Part shown: in pieces, positions 46,739-60,401 of the stretch
Layout: the number at the start of each line of letters is the position of its first letter
Position numbering within the stretch: position 1 is the first letter of the stretch
Assembly (NCBI GenBank): GCA_051047955.1
Contig: JBPGPT010000032.1
Coordinates: 1-64,000 of the forward strand
Direction: 5' to 3'
Source: Cystobasidiomycetes sp. EMM_F5
Lineage: Eukaryota
Length of the DNA stretch: 64,000 bases
Made by a program: the position numbers and the translations under genes
The notes under the pieces: model-generated
Database searches by the model: none
Told to the model about the DNA's origin: nothing
The model's input: the letters and a program-made list of their open reading frames with translations, nothing else

Positions 46739-48901
46739 ATGTCGAGTTCCTCGAAGGTGCAGCTGTACATGTACGATCTCAGCGGCGGCATGGCTGCATC
46801 GATGTCTCTTCAGTTGACAGGTCGGCGACCACTCGTCATGCGCGTAAACAGGGTGGCTGATGGAAATCCACAGGCAAATACATTCCTGCTATCTGGTAAA
46901 TTGCTGATTCCCCTACCTATCCGATATCCTGCCGGTAAACGCGTTAACTCCCTTCCACTCAGGCATACAAGCATTGTTGCTCACGACGAGGAAATATTTT
47001 ACGGCCAAGTGCGTGACGGTCTATTGAGGCCGTCGCGGTCACCTTCTGATGGCGCAATCCCAGGGCGTGCAGCGGTGTAGACCTGGTACCTCGCATCATG
47101 GACTACCCCTCAAAACACTTGACCTTGGGGAAACCCAAATCGACAGGGAGACTTTTCACGAATATCTGACAGCCATATCGGAAGACTATACTGCGGAAAA
47201 GTATCATCTTCTGGAGTTCAACTGCAACAAGTGAGCCGATATTTGAACGCTCCGCTTTTAATAAGCGATGCTCAAGTGTAGCAGCTTTACGAATGATGTA
47301 GCAGGCTTTTTGACATCGAACTCGATTCCTCAGGAAATTATCGGTGAGCCGGCGCATTTGTTGTTGCACGTCATATGAAAGCACTCACATGCTGTATGCA
47401 GACCTCCCGAAAGAATTTCTGAGCACCCCCTTTGGCGCATCTCTGCGACCGATGATAGACAATATGTTCCGACGAGGAGGCGCAGCTGCTACTGTCCCAC
47501 CGGCACTCCAATCCACCGTCAGTAGCAATCCTGTCCTACAGAACGCGCTCGATCGAGTATCAGAAGCTGCACAAAGAGGATCAGTGACACCGTCAAGACC
47601 CATAACGTCTGGCATGACGATAACAACAAATATGCCATCATTTCAAACATCTCTGATGAACAACAACTGCGTTGCCGCCATGTTCACGGCTGATTGGTGC
47701 GGTCCTTGCAAAATGGTTAAGCCCATATTTGAGCAACTTTCTCACCGGACGAGCAATGAAAGTCCGATAGCATTCTTGATCATCAACGAGTCTACAGGTC
47801 GTGAAGTCATTGAATATAACCGAGTCACCGCATTTCCGACCTTTAAGTTCTATCTCAAGGGTGAAGAGGTACATCAGATTCGAGGCGCCGATGCCAACGA
47901 ATTGCGAACGCAGATTGCCATTCTTGGCCTTTCAGGCTATCCTCAACATCCGCATCTAAAACTTCCATTGCAATCTCTTCGCAATCTCTCCCCCTCTCCT
48001 GTCACTTTTGCACAAGCTCCAAATTTCGAAGCGGCATTGATAAAGCTTGAGAAGCTCACTGCAGCGGAAACACGATCAAGTGCAAGTATTCAACTTCTCA
48101 GAACCTCGATACCGCAATCCGCCTCCCAAAGGCGTCCGAGTGGGTCGAACATACGCGATTTCATCCGAGCAGCGCATTCCTTACTGGATACCCTTGCACC
48201 TGAAAACTTCTTTCCGTTGCTTGACCTGATCAAATATTTCGTCCTCGATGATCAAACCGCAGTCGTTATAGCAGAAGAAGACAACGTCGTTCTCCAAGCT
48301 TTGTCGAAAGCAGTGGGCTCGACACAGCTCCGAAAGCCGACGCTTCTCACCCTATTGCGATTACTGTGCAACTCTCTATCAACAGACATCCTTGCATCAT
48401 CGCTCATGAGCAGGAATGGGCCGAGATCCTTACTCAATCAAGTGCTAGTCAAAGCTTTGTTGGATTCCGATACTTCTGTTAGGGCCTGTGCAGGCAGTCT
48501 TGCATACTCGGTTTCCGGCTGGCTTCGCAAACAGCGAAAGGAGTGGACTGATCCAGATGCGGAGCAGACTTCAGAAGCTGCCGAGCTGGCCGACTTTGAA
48601 ATGGAAATGTGTTCCGCTGTGGTTGAAGCTCTTGACCGAGAAGAGGCACCAGAAGTCGGTACGCGCGCAAGCATGTTTGCGGCTGCGGAATTTACTGACT
48701 TCAGGCAAAGTTCATCGTCTGACTGCAGCTCTGGGGAACATTCTGTACTGTTCATCAAATTACAATGCCTATCTATCGGGATTGATCCAGGCTTTGGACG
48801 GCAAGGGTATCTTGCAACGGAAACAAGACCAAGTCAAATTGGTACCCGAAGCGCTCAAACTAGCTAAAGAGGTCAGCACCCTGTGTGAACTGCAGTCTTG
48901 A
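46739..48901 (+). CDS. PPPDE/DeSI peptidase with thioredoxin and PUL domains
   Basis: VQLYMYDLSGG, IWHTSIV (catalytic His), YHLLEFNCN (catalytic Cys), WCGPC thioredoxin motif and a helical PUL-like C-terminus (FFPLLDL). Confidence 0.88.
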
Positions 48902-48984
48902 ACACTCTTGCAATAGTCGTTGTTATATTGTTACCAATAACACCCTACGTGACGGCATACGACTAAGTGTAACCAGCAGAGTGT

Positions 48985-51052
48985 CTATGCTACCGGATCA
49001 TCTAGATAGCGGTCCCAGAAGCCGCTTGTACCGTTATTGGGCGCCAGCTGCCTTGCCCCTAACAGCTTGTCCATAACAAGATTGTACAGTTCTACATTCT
49101 CAAATCCATCTATAATTGTTACCTCGCTGCGTGCGACCTGATCACGTCTGTTGATATTGCTTTTGATGCGTGAGCTAGCAGGACCGTGATGAACGAAAAT
49201 CGCATGCATGTCTGGATGGGAATTATTATAGCCGTGATTTCCAAGCGGTATATACTGTCCTTTCATTTCATAGAAGTGCTCGTGCTTATCTGAAATGGCC
49301 CAGCCAACCCTGTGGAGAGCCCAGTCAATATCATGTGCGCTAGTCACAGAGGCGCAACACACTCAGGTACGAGCCAATGTGGACTGATTCGTGGATTGCT
49401 GGAGTAGTGCCATTCAGGCGGCATAGTATCAGGCGTATAGTACGCGAATCCGCCATTGGAAGCCAGCGCTCCGTTCTTCATCCGCTCGATCATGTCTGAC
49501 TCGTTTACGTGGTCAGCAAAAGTCAGCCCACAAGACGGCCAGCCAATCTTATGAGTGATGCCCTTGAAGCCTTCCTCGCCTAGGAGGTCATCGAGGTAGA
49601 CTACGCGCTCGTTGGACGTAGCGGTCATGCCTAGTTCCGGTGAATTAGTCTCACTCAGTGAACATTTCGTAAGAACTGACCATGATCGGATACAAAGATT
49701 ACGTCGATAATATCTGTGAGATGTCGATCTTCCAGATACTCCATCAACGCCTTCGCGAAGTTATCCATCATTGTTAATTTCGCTCTCAATTCTGCAGAGT
49801 CGGGACCGGTGTGATGACCTTCTTGATCAACGTCAGGAAGGTAGCCCATGATGAGCTGCGGACGTTTGTCATCGGGTAAATCGACCCATTCACTGAATTG
49901 AACTACATTCTTAGCATAAAATAATATGCATAGTGCGTCCGCCTCACGTCAGCATATTGAGCTTCCATTGCCAGTCTATATTGTTCATAAATGGCTGAAA
50001 GTAGGTTGGAGACGCATGGTCTGCCATTTGCGGCGGGCCCGGCCACATCAAGTTGGCACTCTTTAGGCCGTTCTTTGTTGCCGTACGCCACATGGGCTCT
50101 CCTGACCACCACTTTGTCTGCCAAGATTTGCTCGAGTCGGTATACAAAAACTCGGAATCGTCTACTGGGTCCTGAAGCAGCCTTCAACCTCTGATGTCGC
50201 TTTACATGAAACGGTGTGTCAACCTACCCAGAAATCGTTTGCGACAATGCCGTGAGATTCGGCATATAAGCCTGTTTGCATTGCCCAATGATTCGGAAAC
50301 GTCAGAGTCGGAAATATCGGTTGCATATACTTGGCACGCAGGCCACGGTGTGCGATATCGAGCAGGTGAGGGGTCAAACCTCGTTCCAAATAGTCTGCTC
50401 GCACCCCATCGAGGGAGATGATGATGACAGTCGGATCAAACCAGTGAGACCCATTCGATTTCTTCCCATCGTGTGAAACACCAGACAGTTTTTCGTCAAT
50501 CACGTTTGACCAGTCTGATCCCACCCCTGCCATGTGTGCGGTAGCATGCGGATGATGCGGGACTGTTGCAGGAGTGTATACACCTCCTTCACTCCACGAG
50601 CTGACGGAAGTGCCATGAACGGCTGGCGTGACGACGGTCTTGTAGAGAATCACCAAGCCAGCTATCCCAGCAATTAAAAGCAAGATTGCAGTTCTCGGCT
50701 GCAGACCTAGGAAGAGCTGCTGATCTTCTGCTCTGCCAACCTGCGCATACCGGCCGGATGAGGGAGGGGCTTTTTGGGTATGGGTATGAGTAGAGCTTCG
50801 CCTTGAGCTCTTGGCCGTCTTTGACCCAGTCTGCCTGAGACTTTCGCTACCTTCTAGAAGTCCTTCTTGCTCTAGCTCAGCCGTCTCGTCGAGGAGAGTG
50901 GTATCGTCATCGTCTCGGTCCTGTCTGCCGGCTTCGAGCAGGTTGCCATTCTCATTTCGGTTATTCGAATCCTCCTGTAGCAGAGCAGCTCTCGAAGCCG
51001 AAGCTCCCGCAGAGGGCGGGTACGAAGCTGGAGCATGATGGCCTTTGCTCAT
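48985..51052 (-). CDS. NPP1: Ectonucleotide pyrophosphatase/phosphodiesterase (type II membrane)
   Basis: IISLDGVRADYL, FPTLTFPNH (catalytic Thr), TGLYAESHGIVAN, VDQEGH, VSDHG and GNHGYNN. Confidence 0.9.
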
Positions 51053-51290
51053 GCTGAATCCTGGCCGAGACTACTTTGCATGCCCGTCGCGAATTGCCCA
51101 AACAGTAGACAGAGTATCTCAAGCCATTCGTATGCTGACCATCAGAAGGTGTAAGGCCCTCTGCGCATGGCGTGCGTCAGCAGCAATGCTGGTTAGCAGT
51201 CAGTTTGAGCTGAGATGGAACAGAGTTGGTTACGAATTGGGGTGGAAACAACAAAAACCAGTAGCCATATGGCCTATTTACAGTGTGTAT

Positions 51291-51587
51291 TTAGAGCACG
51301 AAGAATCGGGACTTGGCCCTTAGTAGACTAATACTGATACTGCGTAAGAGCGAATCAAAGCTTGCGCTGCCCAAGATCTTCTTCCAAAATCTGAATACAT
51401 CCTCAGTCGTTGTGGACAAAGTTCCGCCGCCTACAGACATGACGAGCGGGTGGAAAGAGCCTGTCGCGGTCGGGGCATACTTGTCGACTTTCATCTCTGC
51501 CTTTTCATCCAGGATTCGCTTGATTGCTGCAGTTGCAGCTGGGCGGTCATTGGCCATTTGATCAATCTCGCTGGTCACCGCCAACAT
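51291..51587 (-). mobile_element. 5'-truncated fragment of a non-LTR retrotransposon (C-terminal restriction-like endonuclease region, CRE/Cnl1-like)
   Basis: KRILDEKAEMKVDKY...FHPLVMSVGGGTL...FWKKILG...ISISLLRAK resembles the K..KY...F.P(L/I)V.S.GG...IS..L.R tail of RLE-type non-LTR elements. Intronless and located between divergent host genes. Recognised from memory of the motif, not by a search. Confidence 0.6.
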
Positions 51588-51688
51588 GTCGCCAATCTGC
51601 AGCCTGTACCATCTGCAAAGCTGACGCGTCCCTGATAGCTGCAGCGGGGCTTGCGCCTTCTACGGCTGCTAGTCGTCTGCCCAAAGAA

Positions 51689-54600
51689 ATGAACGCGACC
51701 TTGGAAGCGTGCTTCACCGCGAGCTTCGCCCAAAATGCAAACATTCGGATAGCCAGCGAGCTCGAGCTGCGAAAGGTTGGCCGACTTGTCTAGCGGCAGC
51801 AGCAGAGCCAGGTCTGACTCAGCTGCAATTTGAATGTCCCAGCTCGAAAAGCACGATGGCATGCCGACAGCCGTCTTGCAGATAATTTCTGCGACGGAGA
51901 CTAGTCCGCACATCCGCCAAGCGGCAGCAGTCTACCTAAAGAACAGGGTTGCGAGGTCATGGTCCGAGGCATACCCTCCGAACGACGCCCAGGTCCTTTC
52001 GCCAACATCGACGCAATCGTCAAACAACCCAATAAGTCCAGCCGATAAAGAGACTATCAAGCAAAACATTCTGCAGACGCTCATCGCGGCGACTCAGCAG
52101 ATTCTCAAAGTGCAGCTAAAGACGTGTTTAGCGACGGTCATTGGGCGGGACTTTCCAGAGAGCTGGCCAGACTTACTGCCAAATGTCTTGCAGTGTGTGC
52201 AGAGCGGACAAGAGGCGCAGATAGAGGGCGGTCTGGTCGCCCTGGTCGAAATACTAAAATCCTATAGGTGAGCAGATACTCTATAGCAAAGAGGTCTGCG
52301 TAGACTTGACGGCTTGGTCAACATTCGCCCACTCTTATGAAAACTAGGTATCGAAGAAGTGACCGTGACATTCCGAATGCCATCTGTGCTCAATCGATGC
52401 CACTTTTGGCCAACCTTGGCCAGTCTCTCTTGGCAGCTCACCCAGCCCCAGCGGCGCCAGAAGCTACAGGCAGACTTCTGCATCTCATCACAAAGGCTTA
52501 CAAAACGTCAATCACAGGCGGCCTATCACCACACCAAACGAGTCAAGAGAGCATCGTACAATGGGGTACTTTCCTACTACAGGTTGTATGTCGCGTGATA
52601 CCTAGCGATGTACAACCCGAAGACAAGGACGAGAGGGAGAGTATGGAGTGGTGGAAAGCCAAAAAGTGGGCTCATAACGCGTTGAACCGGCTATATAGCC
52701 AGTACGGAAGTCCATCGCAACTACCAGCACTGGCAGCGCAACATGCTGCCTTTGCTGCCAACTTTGAACAGCATTTTGCACCGGAAATATTCAAAGCTTA
52801 TCTACGGTGGGTCGCTCGTTCACTTCCCTCAAGCTGAATTCTGATGAGGCAAATACGACGTACAGATGTATCGAAACATATGTCAATGGAACAGTCTGGA
52901 TGAGCCGGAGATGCTGTCGGTTCGTCCTGGAATTTCTCGAAGATTGGTTCGTTATGTTAGCGTGCATCGTACGATTGCATGCTGACCCCTCGTCCAATTT
53001 CAATCCAGCGTCAAGCCAAAAAGCATGTGGCAGTTGCTCAAACCACATCTTGATACGGTTATTGGACGTTTCGTTTTCCCATGCATTTGCTTGACTCCGG
53101 AGGAACTGGAAATGTTTGAGGATGATCCTATCGAGTATTCTCGTTCACATTTCGGAGGTGAGCGCAATAAAAGTACTTCAGTACTTCTGCGATCCAGTAC
53201 AGCTAATCTCCCTCGCCCTTCCGGCAGACTTCATTGAGGATTGGTTCGCATCACCAATAACTGCCGCAATCAGCTTCGTACAAGTGTTGGCGCGAGCGAG
53301 GAAGCAGCAGACACTCGTTCCCATGCTAAACATCATCAATGGCATTGTTTCAGAGTAAGCATGCGATAATTGCAACGTCGTGGTAGACCAATTTCCAACC
53401 TGATATCATTGATCAGATATCCGTCGAAGCGTAGCGCGGTCGAAAAAGATGCCGCTCTGCGCATGCTAGCGTGCTTAGCGCCAATCGTTATCAAGTCGGT
53501 GAGTGCGGTATCCGAAGTCGACGGGATATGCGCGCTGATAAAGGGCGGCCATGCTCTCAGAAGGAAATTGGAGCAAAAATGCAAGACTTCTTCGTGACAT
53601 ATGTCTTCCCAGAGTTTAAGAGCGAAATCGGTTTCCTTCGAGTGCGAGCCTTGGATATGGTGGAAAAGTACGAAGAGAACGACATGACGTGGCCAGATAG
53701 CGAGCGCTTGGAAGAGATGTTCAGCATGGTCATGACCTGCGTCACAGACTCGGCTCTACCGGTTCGAGTGCAAGCAGCGCTCGCATTACCTGAATTGGTG
53801 CGATATGAGGAGGGTAAGCGCCTTTTGTCTTTCACCTCAAAATCTATGATTTTTTGTTGAGCTTACGTATCACCAGTCCGCGAGCGCTTGGCGGCAAATG
53901 TCGGCCGCCTCATGCAAGAGCTTCTGAAATTATCCGAGGATACAGACATCGATGCGCTCAGCAAGCCGATCCGGGCTCTCGTCACCAACTTTCCTGACGA
54001 GCTGCTGCCTTTCGCTACCGGAATTTCTGCACAAATGGTAATGCCGCAATGTGTGGTGATACGTAGTCTACGCTGACAACCAAAATTGTGTAGCGCGACT
54101 CCTACATACGTCTGTTAAACGAGGTCGTAGAATTGCGTGCCAAGAGCAATCCAGATGATCTCCTTAACGGCGGAGCAGACCCTACACTCTTCAACGATGA
54201 CTCTGATGAGAAAGTGCTAGTCGCTATGAACATCCTTCAGACCCTAGAAACGCTACTGCGTTCCGTATCTACGGCTCCGCCCATTGTGGCAGAGATTGAG
54301 ATAATCCTTCTGCCAATCCTGTCTCAGACAGTACAGCACGAGTTCGTCGAACTCTACGATGATCTCTTTGAGCTGGCGCACTCCCTCACCTACTTCCAGC
54401 GATCTATATCGCAGAACATGTGGGGATTCTTTGAGCAAATGTACCGTCTGTTGAAGGGTCACGGTATCGATTATTTGGAGGGTCAGTATATCCGTCGAGA
54501 AGATATCTTATATAATGCTGACTACAATGCCCTCGTACCAGAAATGATGAATGTATTCGACAATTACGTTTCTTACGGCGCTGATTTTCTGGCTCAGAAC

Positions 54601-55715
54601 GCTCACTACAAGCATATGCTGGTCGACATTTATCAAACTGCCATGTCGAGTCCGATGTTAGGAGCAAGTGATCGAGTGTCTGCGTGCAAGCTTGCTGGCC
54701 AGGTCTTGCTGTCCTTACCGAATCAATTAGACGGAGTGAGCTGAAAACGATTATCCTGTCTATCTGCTTTGAGTCTGACTGGTCGCATAGAGCATCGAAC
54801 AGTATATAACGATATCGATGAGTTTCGTCCTGCGCGAAAACTCGGAGGAAGAGCCTGTCGTAACCGCCGAACTTCACGCTAATGCACTCGAAGTGATTAT
54901 CACGGCAATATACTATAATCCGCAGATTGCTCTGCAAGTGCTGGAGGTGCACAAGTATACTCAATCCTTCTTCTCGCACTGGTTCAGGAAATTGCACCAC
55001 TTTACACGTGTCCACGATCGCAAAGTATGCATCCTAGCCATCACTGGTCTTCTGACGCATACTTCGCCGCAAGTCAACGCCGTACCTGGTCTCGCAGAGC
55101 GCCTGCTCCGCGCTGCAATTACCCTTTTCGAAGGTCTCCCGAAAGCGCTCGAGCAGCGGAAACAGGCTGAAGACGAATTCGGCAAGGATGAAGAGGACGA
55201 TGAGAACTTGCTCAGTGACGACGAGGGATCCGAAGAAGGTGCGTCGACTGGTCATATGCCAGGCTTTGTACACCCATCGCTCAAAAGTATCTATCCCCCT
55301 TGCAGCGGCAGATGACCAGGATGTCCAGGACCAGGACTATAAATATGCCGAGCTCTTGGCACAGAAGCAAAAGGAGGTCATGAGTGATGCCGCTGGCATT
55401 CATGTCAATGCCAAAACCGCTTCAAATGGGTTGAGTGCGGGTGACGATGACGATGAAGAAGATGATGAGTATGACGAAGAAGAGGGCATCTTTGGGAGCG
55501 AACAGCTGTTCGAGACGCCGCTCGACAAGGTAGACTCTTACCAAGTATTCGTACAGGCTTTATCGCTATTACAAAGCCAACAACAAGCGGCATTCACTCA
55601 AATGACGGCTCATCTGGATCAGAGTCAACAGCAAGCCCTTCACGCAATTGCGCAAAAGGCGCATGACGGAGGAGAAGGCTTGAAGAAAGCTGAGCCTAGC
55701 AGTAGTAGCACTTGA
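51689..55715 (+). CDS. NMD5: Importin-7/8 family karyopherin (Nmd5/Sxm1-like), ~13 exons
   Basis: IBN_N (RQAAAVYLKNRV...W), DFPESWP, WWKAKKWA, FEDDPIEY, FLRVRA, LPVRVQAALAL, RVHDRK and an acidic tail ending ETPLD. Confidence 0.88.
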
Positions 55716-55838
55716 AGTATGGAGTCGCTGTTGTTGTCTGATCCGATCAAAAGCAGGCGAAGCAGTCACGGTAATAATTGCTGGACCCACTCCTTGACCT
55801 TCAAGTCACTCCAAGCTAGATGCTCATTACATGGCTAC

Positions 55839-56637
55839 ATGGCGCCCGCACGGCCCTACTATGACCACGAGAGGCTGAGGACAGCTGCAGAGGCTGGGCC
55901 AAGTCGCAAGTCCGTTTTGAAGATAGATGTCTAAATATCATTATGGCCAGCTTATTTGTTCGCTATGGCAGTGATGGCAGCAGAACAATCACCATCGAAG
56001 ATCCATCGCATGGCTCTGACGACGAAGCAGGCAGTAGTGGAGAGCCTGACGGTGTATTGAGGCTGCGAGGCGGTCCGATACATACGGACCCTCGAGTTCG
56101 CTGGGAGGATGGCACCGTAGACAACGAATTCTTGAACCGCAAGAAGAGCAAGAGCAAGTTCCTCACTGCGCCAATCTAAGCATATGAGACCATGCTAACT
56201 GTAATCATCCTGTCGCAGTCTGCTGCATCTACCACAAGCCAAGAACGCGCAATATGGAGGATCCGTTTGCCGACAGTAGTAGCAGTAGCAGCGATGAGAG
56301 TAGCGATACTGGCGAAGAAAGTGAAGGCAGCTCTTGTGAATGTGAAGAACAGCAAGACGACGAGGAGGCCAGATCTGTGAACAAAGATGGACAGTCTGAG
56401 CTCAACGGAGTCGCCGCGAAACAGAAACGCCGAAAAGGCAAAGGAAAGGCTATCACGCACTCGCATCACGTTTCGAGCGAAACTCAGTGTACGCACTCTC
56501 ACGAAGACGCTGCGGATGCCTCGAATCGGATCAGACCAAATGCTTACGAGATCCAGCCACGATATGGCAAGTTCAAGCGCAAAAAGTCGAAGAAGGCCAG
56601 CGGATCCAGCACTACCGTCATTCAGCAACCAACCTGA
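55839..56637 (+). CDS. YPI1: Protein phosphatase 1 regulator / inhibitor-3
   Basis: [35 protein letters not shown] (across GC-AG intron 56154-56218) and PNAYE. Confidence 0.93.
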
Positions 56638-56850
56638 CCAATCCTACATTACAGTTCGTGTAGCATAGTGTATATCTAGATTTGCAGTGTTGCTGTTGTT
56701 GCTTCAATCAACACGAGATTTTGAGCGCGTCAGGACTCAAACCGGGTTTGACTGCAGCCCACTGTGGACTCATCGAGCTGGGCAGAATCTGGTTCTGACT
56801 CCCAAGGCTACTGATTGCAAGACGTACCCGACCCAGATTAGCCTGCAATC

Positions 56851-58950
56851 ATGTCTGGAGGTTTGACGGAATTCATAAATGTCTATCATGAGGGAGGTCT
56901 CGAGCCAGGCAAGCTGCGTATGGCATCCACGGGGCTGGGCTGGAAGGGAGAACGGGACGATAAAGCACCTACAACCATTTCTTCGACGGAACTGAAATGG
57001 ATGCAATGGATACGCGTCGCTCGTGGTTTCCAGCTTAGGATCGGTCTCAAGGGAGAAAAACGCCGCGTGGCCTTTGACGGCTTTGCGCGGGAAGACCACG
57101 AACGTCTACGGAACAGCGCTTCAAACTATTACAACATCACCCTCGAAGAGCGCGAGACAAACGTAAGAGGCTGGAATTGGGGCACGGCCGAGGTACAGGG
57201 TCAAGATCTGGCTTTCCTTATTCAAGGCAAGCAAGCGTTTAGTCTGCCTCTAGACGACGTGCACAACACATCAATCAACAAGGCGGAAGTCGCCATCGAG
57301 TTTCGCAATGAGAAGCTACTGGCGGAAATCAAGAAGCTCGAGGAGGATCCCAGCAAAGAATCCAGACGTATGAGGAGATCTGCACCAGACGAGCTTGTCG
57401 AAGTCCGCTTGTACATTCCCGGCACTGTTGGAGACTCAAGGCGACGTGTCAGGGCTGAGCGAAAGAAGGCAAATGCCAATGGCGAAAACAAACCCAAGAA
57501 GGAGGAGGGTGAAGATGGTGCACCTATGGAGGTCGATGATGACTCCGACGATTCACTTTCCGGTTCGGAGGCCGACAAAGAGGATCAAGGTGCAGCAGAG
57601 ATGTTTTATGAGACCATCAAGGAGAAAGCCGAGGTTGGCCAAGTACAGGGCAAGGCTTTAGTCACCTTTCCGGACGTCTTATGTACCACGCCCCGGTAAG
57701 TTTCGACCCAAACGTGTCCAGGCGTCTGCTGAGCATGTCCCTCTACCTATACAGTGGTCGCTTCGATGTCGACATGTTCGCGGACTCGTTACGGCTCAGG
57801 GGCAAGACCTACGACTATAAAATCCTATACGAGTCTCTCGTCAAAATGTTCTTATTGCCAAAGACAGACGAAGTTCATGTACAATTCATTGTTCGTCCTG
57901 AGACTGTGCAGACGCAGCTGTGCTACCTCCGCTGAGACCCGCTATGTCCTGCTGCAGGTTAATATCGAACCGCCTATTCGACAAGGACAAACGCGCTACC
58001 CATACCTCATCATGCAATTTGCGAAGGACGAAGAAATGGACGCTGAAATTCAGCTCGAAGAGAATGTACTGCAAGAACGGTATGGCGGAAAATTGGACAA
58101 GCGATACGAAGCTCCTGCGTACGAAGTTGTGTCTACGGTATTTAAGAGCCTTTCAGGCAAGAAGGTCACCATACCAGGCACCTTCCAGAGGTTTGTTTCC
58201 GCCTGTGCAATTCTGCAGCCTCCTACTAACGAGCCATGATCACAGTCACGGAGGCCATTCTGCAGTCAAAGCCAATCTGGGCGCGAATGAAGGTCACCTC
58301 TTCCTTCTCGAAAAATCGTGTCTATACATCAGCAAGGCCCCGGTTTGTATTCCCTACAACGATATTACTGAAATTCGCTTTGAGCGGGTTTCTGGTGCGT
58401 TGACATCCAGCGCCAGGACTTTCGACCTCATTATCGCGACGAGAACGGGTAAAAACGAGCATACATTCTCCGCGGTCGCGAAGGAAGAGCAGTCTGGGCT
58501 GGAGGACTTCCTGAAACGGGACAAGAAGCTGCGTGTTAAGAACGTCATTGATCAAGATGTCAATGCCGTCAACTCTGCTGTCGTGGCTGCGCTCATGGAG
58601 GATGATAGCGATGATGACGAAAGAGAGCGCAGACCCGCAGGCGACGATGATGAAGATTCGGAAGTGGATGAAGATTTCAAAGCTGGATCTGATGACGACG
58701 ATGTTGCGGAAGAATTCAACGAGGTTAGTAATGTTGGCATCCGAATCGCACAATCTTCTAAATATCAGGCTGGCAGAACTACTCCGGAAGCTCGTCCGCC
58801 AGCTCATCTGACGATGACTCTAGCGATGGTGACGGTGACGACGATGATGAAGAGATGCCGGAGGCAACCCCGGAGAAACCAGCGAAAAAGAAAAAGGCTA
58901 CTGCTGAAGCTGGTGGTCCGAAGAAGAAGAAGGCCAAAACGAGCGATTGA
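56851..58950 (+). CDS. POB3: FACT complex subunit Pob3/SSRP1
   Basis: RGWNWG, LVEVRLYIP, TPRGRFDVDM, LRLRGKTYDYKI, PPIRQGQTRYPYL and an acidic tail. Confidence 0.96.
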
Positions 58951-59279
58951 GAGTCTGTCTTACTTTTTCAGCTAGTTTTAGCAGTCAGCACGCTCGCATT
59001 GTATCGACCTGGCTTTGTGTAATTTGACTGTAATTTGAAGAAGTGCTCCGCCCTTGTTGTTTGCTTTCCGTCAATTCCCGGACTAGGATTGCGCATATTC
59101 ACAGTACGACTTCTCGACCTCGCCTGGCTAACTGAAGGCAAGCTTGCTCTCGTCCGTCAGCCCCAGCCCCACCATCTCAGGATACCCGCGGCGCTTTTGT
59201 ATACCAGCTGATCATTGGATCCGGCATACAGCGACAACGCTCTGAATCAAAGCTTCACTGCACACTGACACATCGCAAT

Positions 59280-60196
59280 ATGAGATCCTTCGAGCTTCAG
59301 ATTCACAGCGACGTCGCTTGCGCTTGGTTGGTGACAGGCCAGCTCTGCTCTTGTATTCAGGGCAGTGACAGACTTTCACGCCAGGTGTTACATCGGATGG
59401 AAACGCTTACAAAGGGCGCTCAATGACCCGAGGATGAAGAACTATCCATTCACGCTTGACATCAAATTCCTGCCATATTTAATCAATGAGGACTTGGGCG
59501 ACAAACAAGCCATAAGTAAAGCTGAATTGTTCGAGTCCAAGTTTATTGGTGTGTACAGCGACCAACCCCTCGTGGGAGCTATTCCACATCATAACACCAT
59601 TGTCTTCCAGGCAGTGACAACGCTCAGGCCGTGCGCTCGAAGATTTCAGCGGAAGGAGAAAAGGAGGGCATCAAATTCTCTTGGGATACAGTCGGTAGAG
59701 CCTAAGCATTTCGATTGGGCAGTCTTTACTGAGCACCTCCGTCTCTTCAAGGGAGCCAAGGTGAGACAGACACGACGAGCTCACAGGATTATAGAGAAAG
59801 CCTACGAAGTCGGCAGTTTTGAATTGCAAGCTAGAATTGCGGAGAGACTGTATTCTGTGAGCCTCGCGACTTTACCATGCATTTCACACAGTCCGCTGAT
59901 GCCGTTACTAGGCGTTTCACGCAGAATCTATAGATGTCGGTGACCCTGAAGAATTGGCCAGAATTGCGGCCAGTGAAAGTGGCTTTGTTTCGTACAAAGA
60001 AGCACTCGCATTCATCGAAAGTGATGAGGGCGAGTACGAATTAGACAAGGCTCTGCAAAAAGCAAAGCATTGGGGCATCGATCAAGTCCCCACTTATATC
60101 TTGGACAGTACCGATGCCTTTCGCGAGGCAATATCGCCAGAGCAATGGTTCAAACACCTCGACGTACTCAGTAGGGCGTACGGATTGACGCAATGA
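59280..60196 (+). CDS. DsbA/FrnE-like thioredoxin-fold protein
   Basis: Spliced IHSDVACAWCYIGWKRL (CxxC), TRRAHR and GIDQVPTYI. Confidence 0.8.
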
Positions 60197-60401
60197 CGGC
60201 ATCGCATTCTTTTTAGTTACGCTAAGGACGCGCTGTACCCTCCGATCTATACGCGATATAGCTATACCGCAAGTATCTACGCCGCATGTGTACGCTATTC
60301 CACTTATCTCCCCGGCCTTTGTTCCTTTTCGCTGGTAGTCGCCGAACCGTGACGTTGTGTTTTGTGTTGTCTTCATCCAGCAGCCCTTGCGTCTAGCCCC
60401 A

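Noticed and set aside
46739..48901. PPPDE-thioredoxin-PUL fusion as a novel architecture
   Set aside because: This domain combination is already known and widespread in fungi.
51190..51245. GGTTAG/GGTTAC words beside the non-LTR fragment as telomeric target repeats
   Set aside because: They are isolated and non-tandem, consistent with chance.
55839..55970. GC donor for YPI1 intron 1 (GCAAGT at ~55906)
   Set aside because: The overlapping canonical GTCCGT donor gives the correct frame, so no GC donor is needed.
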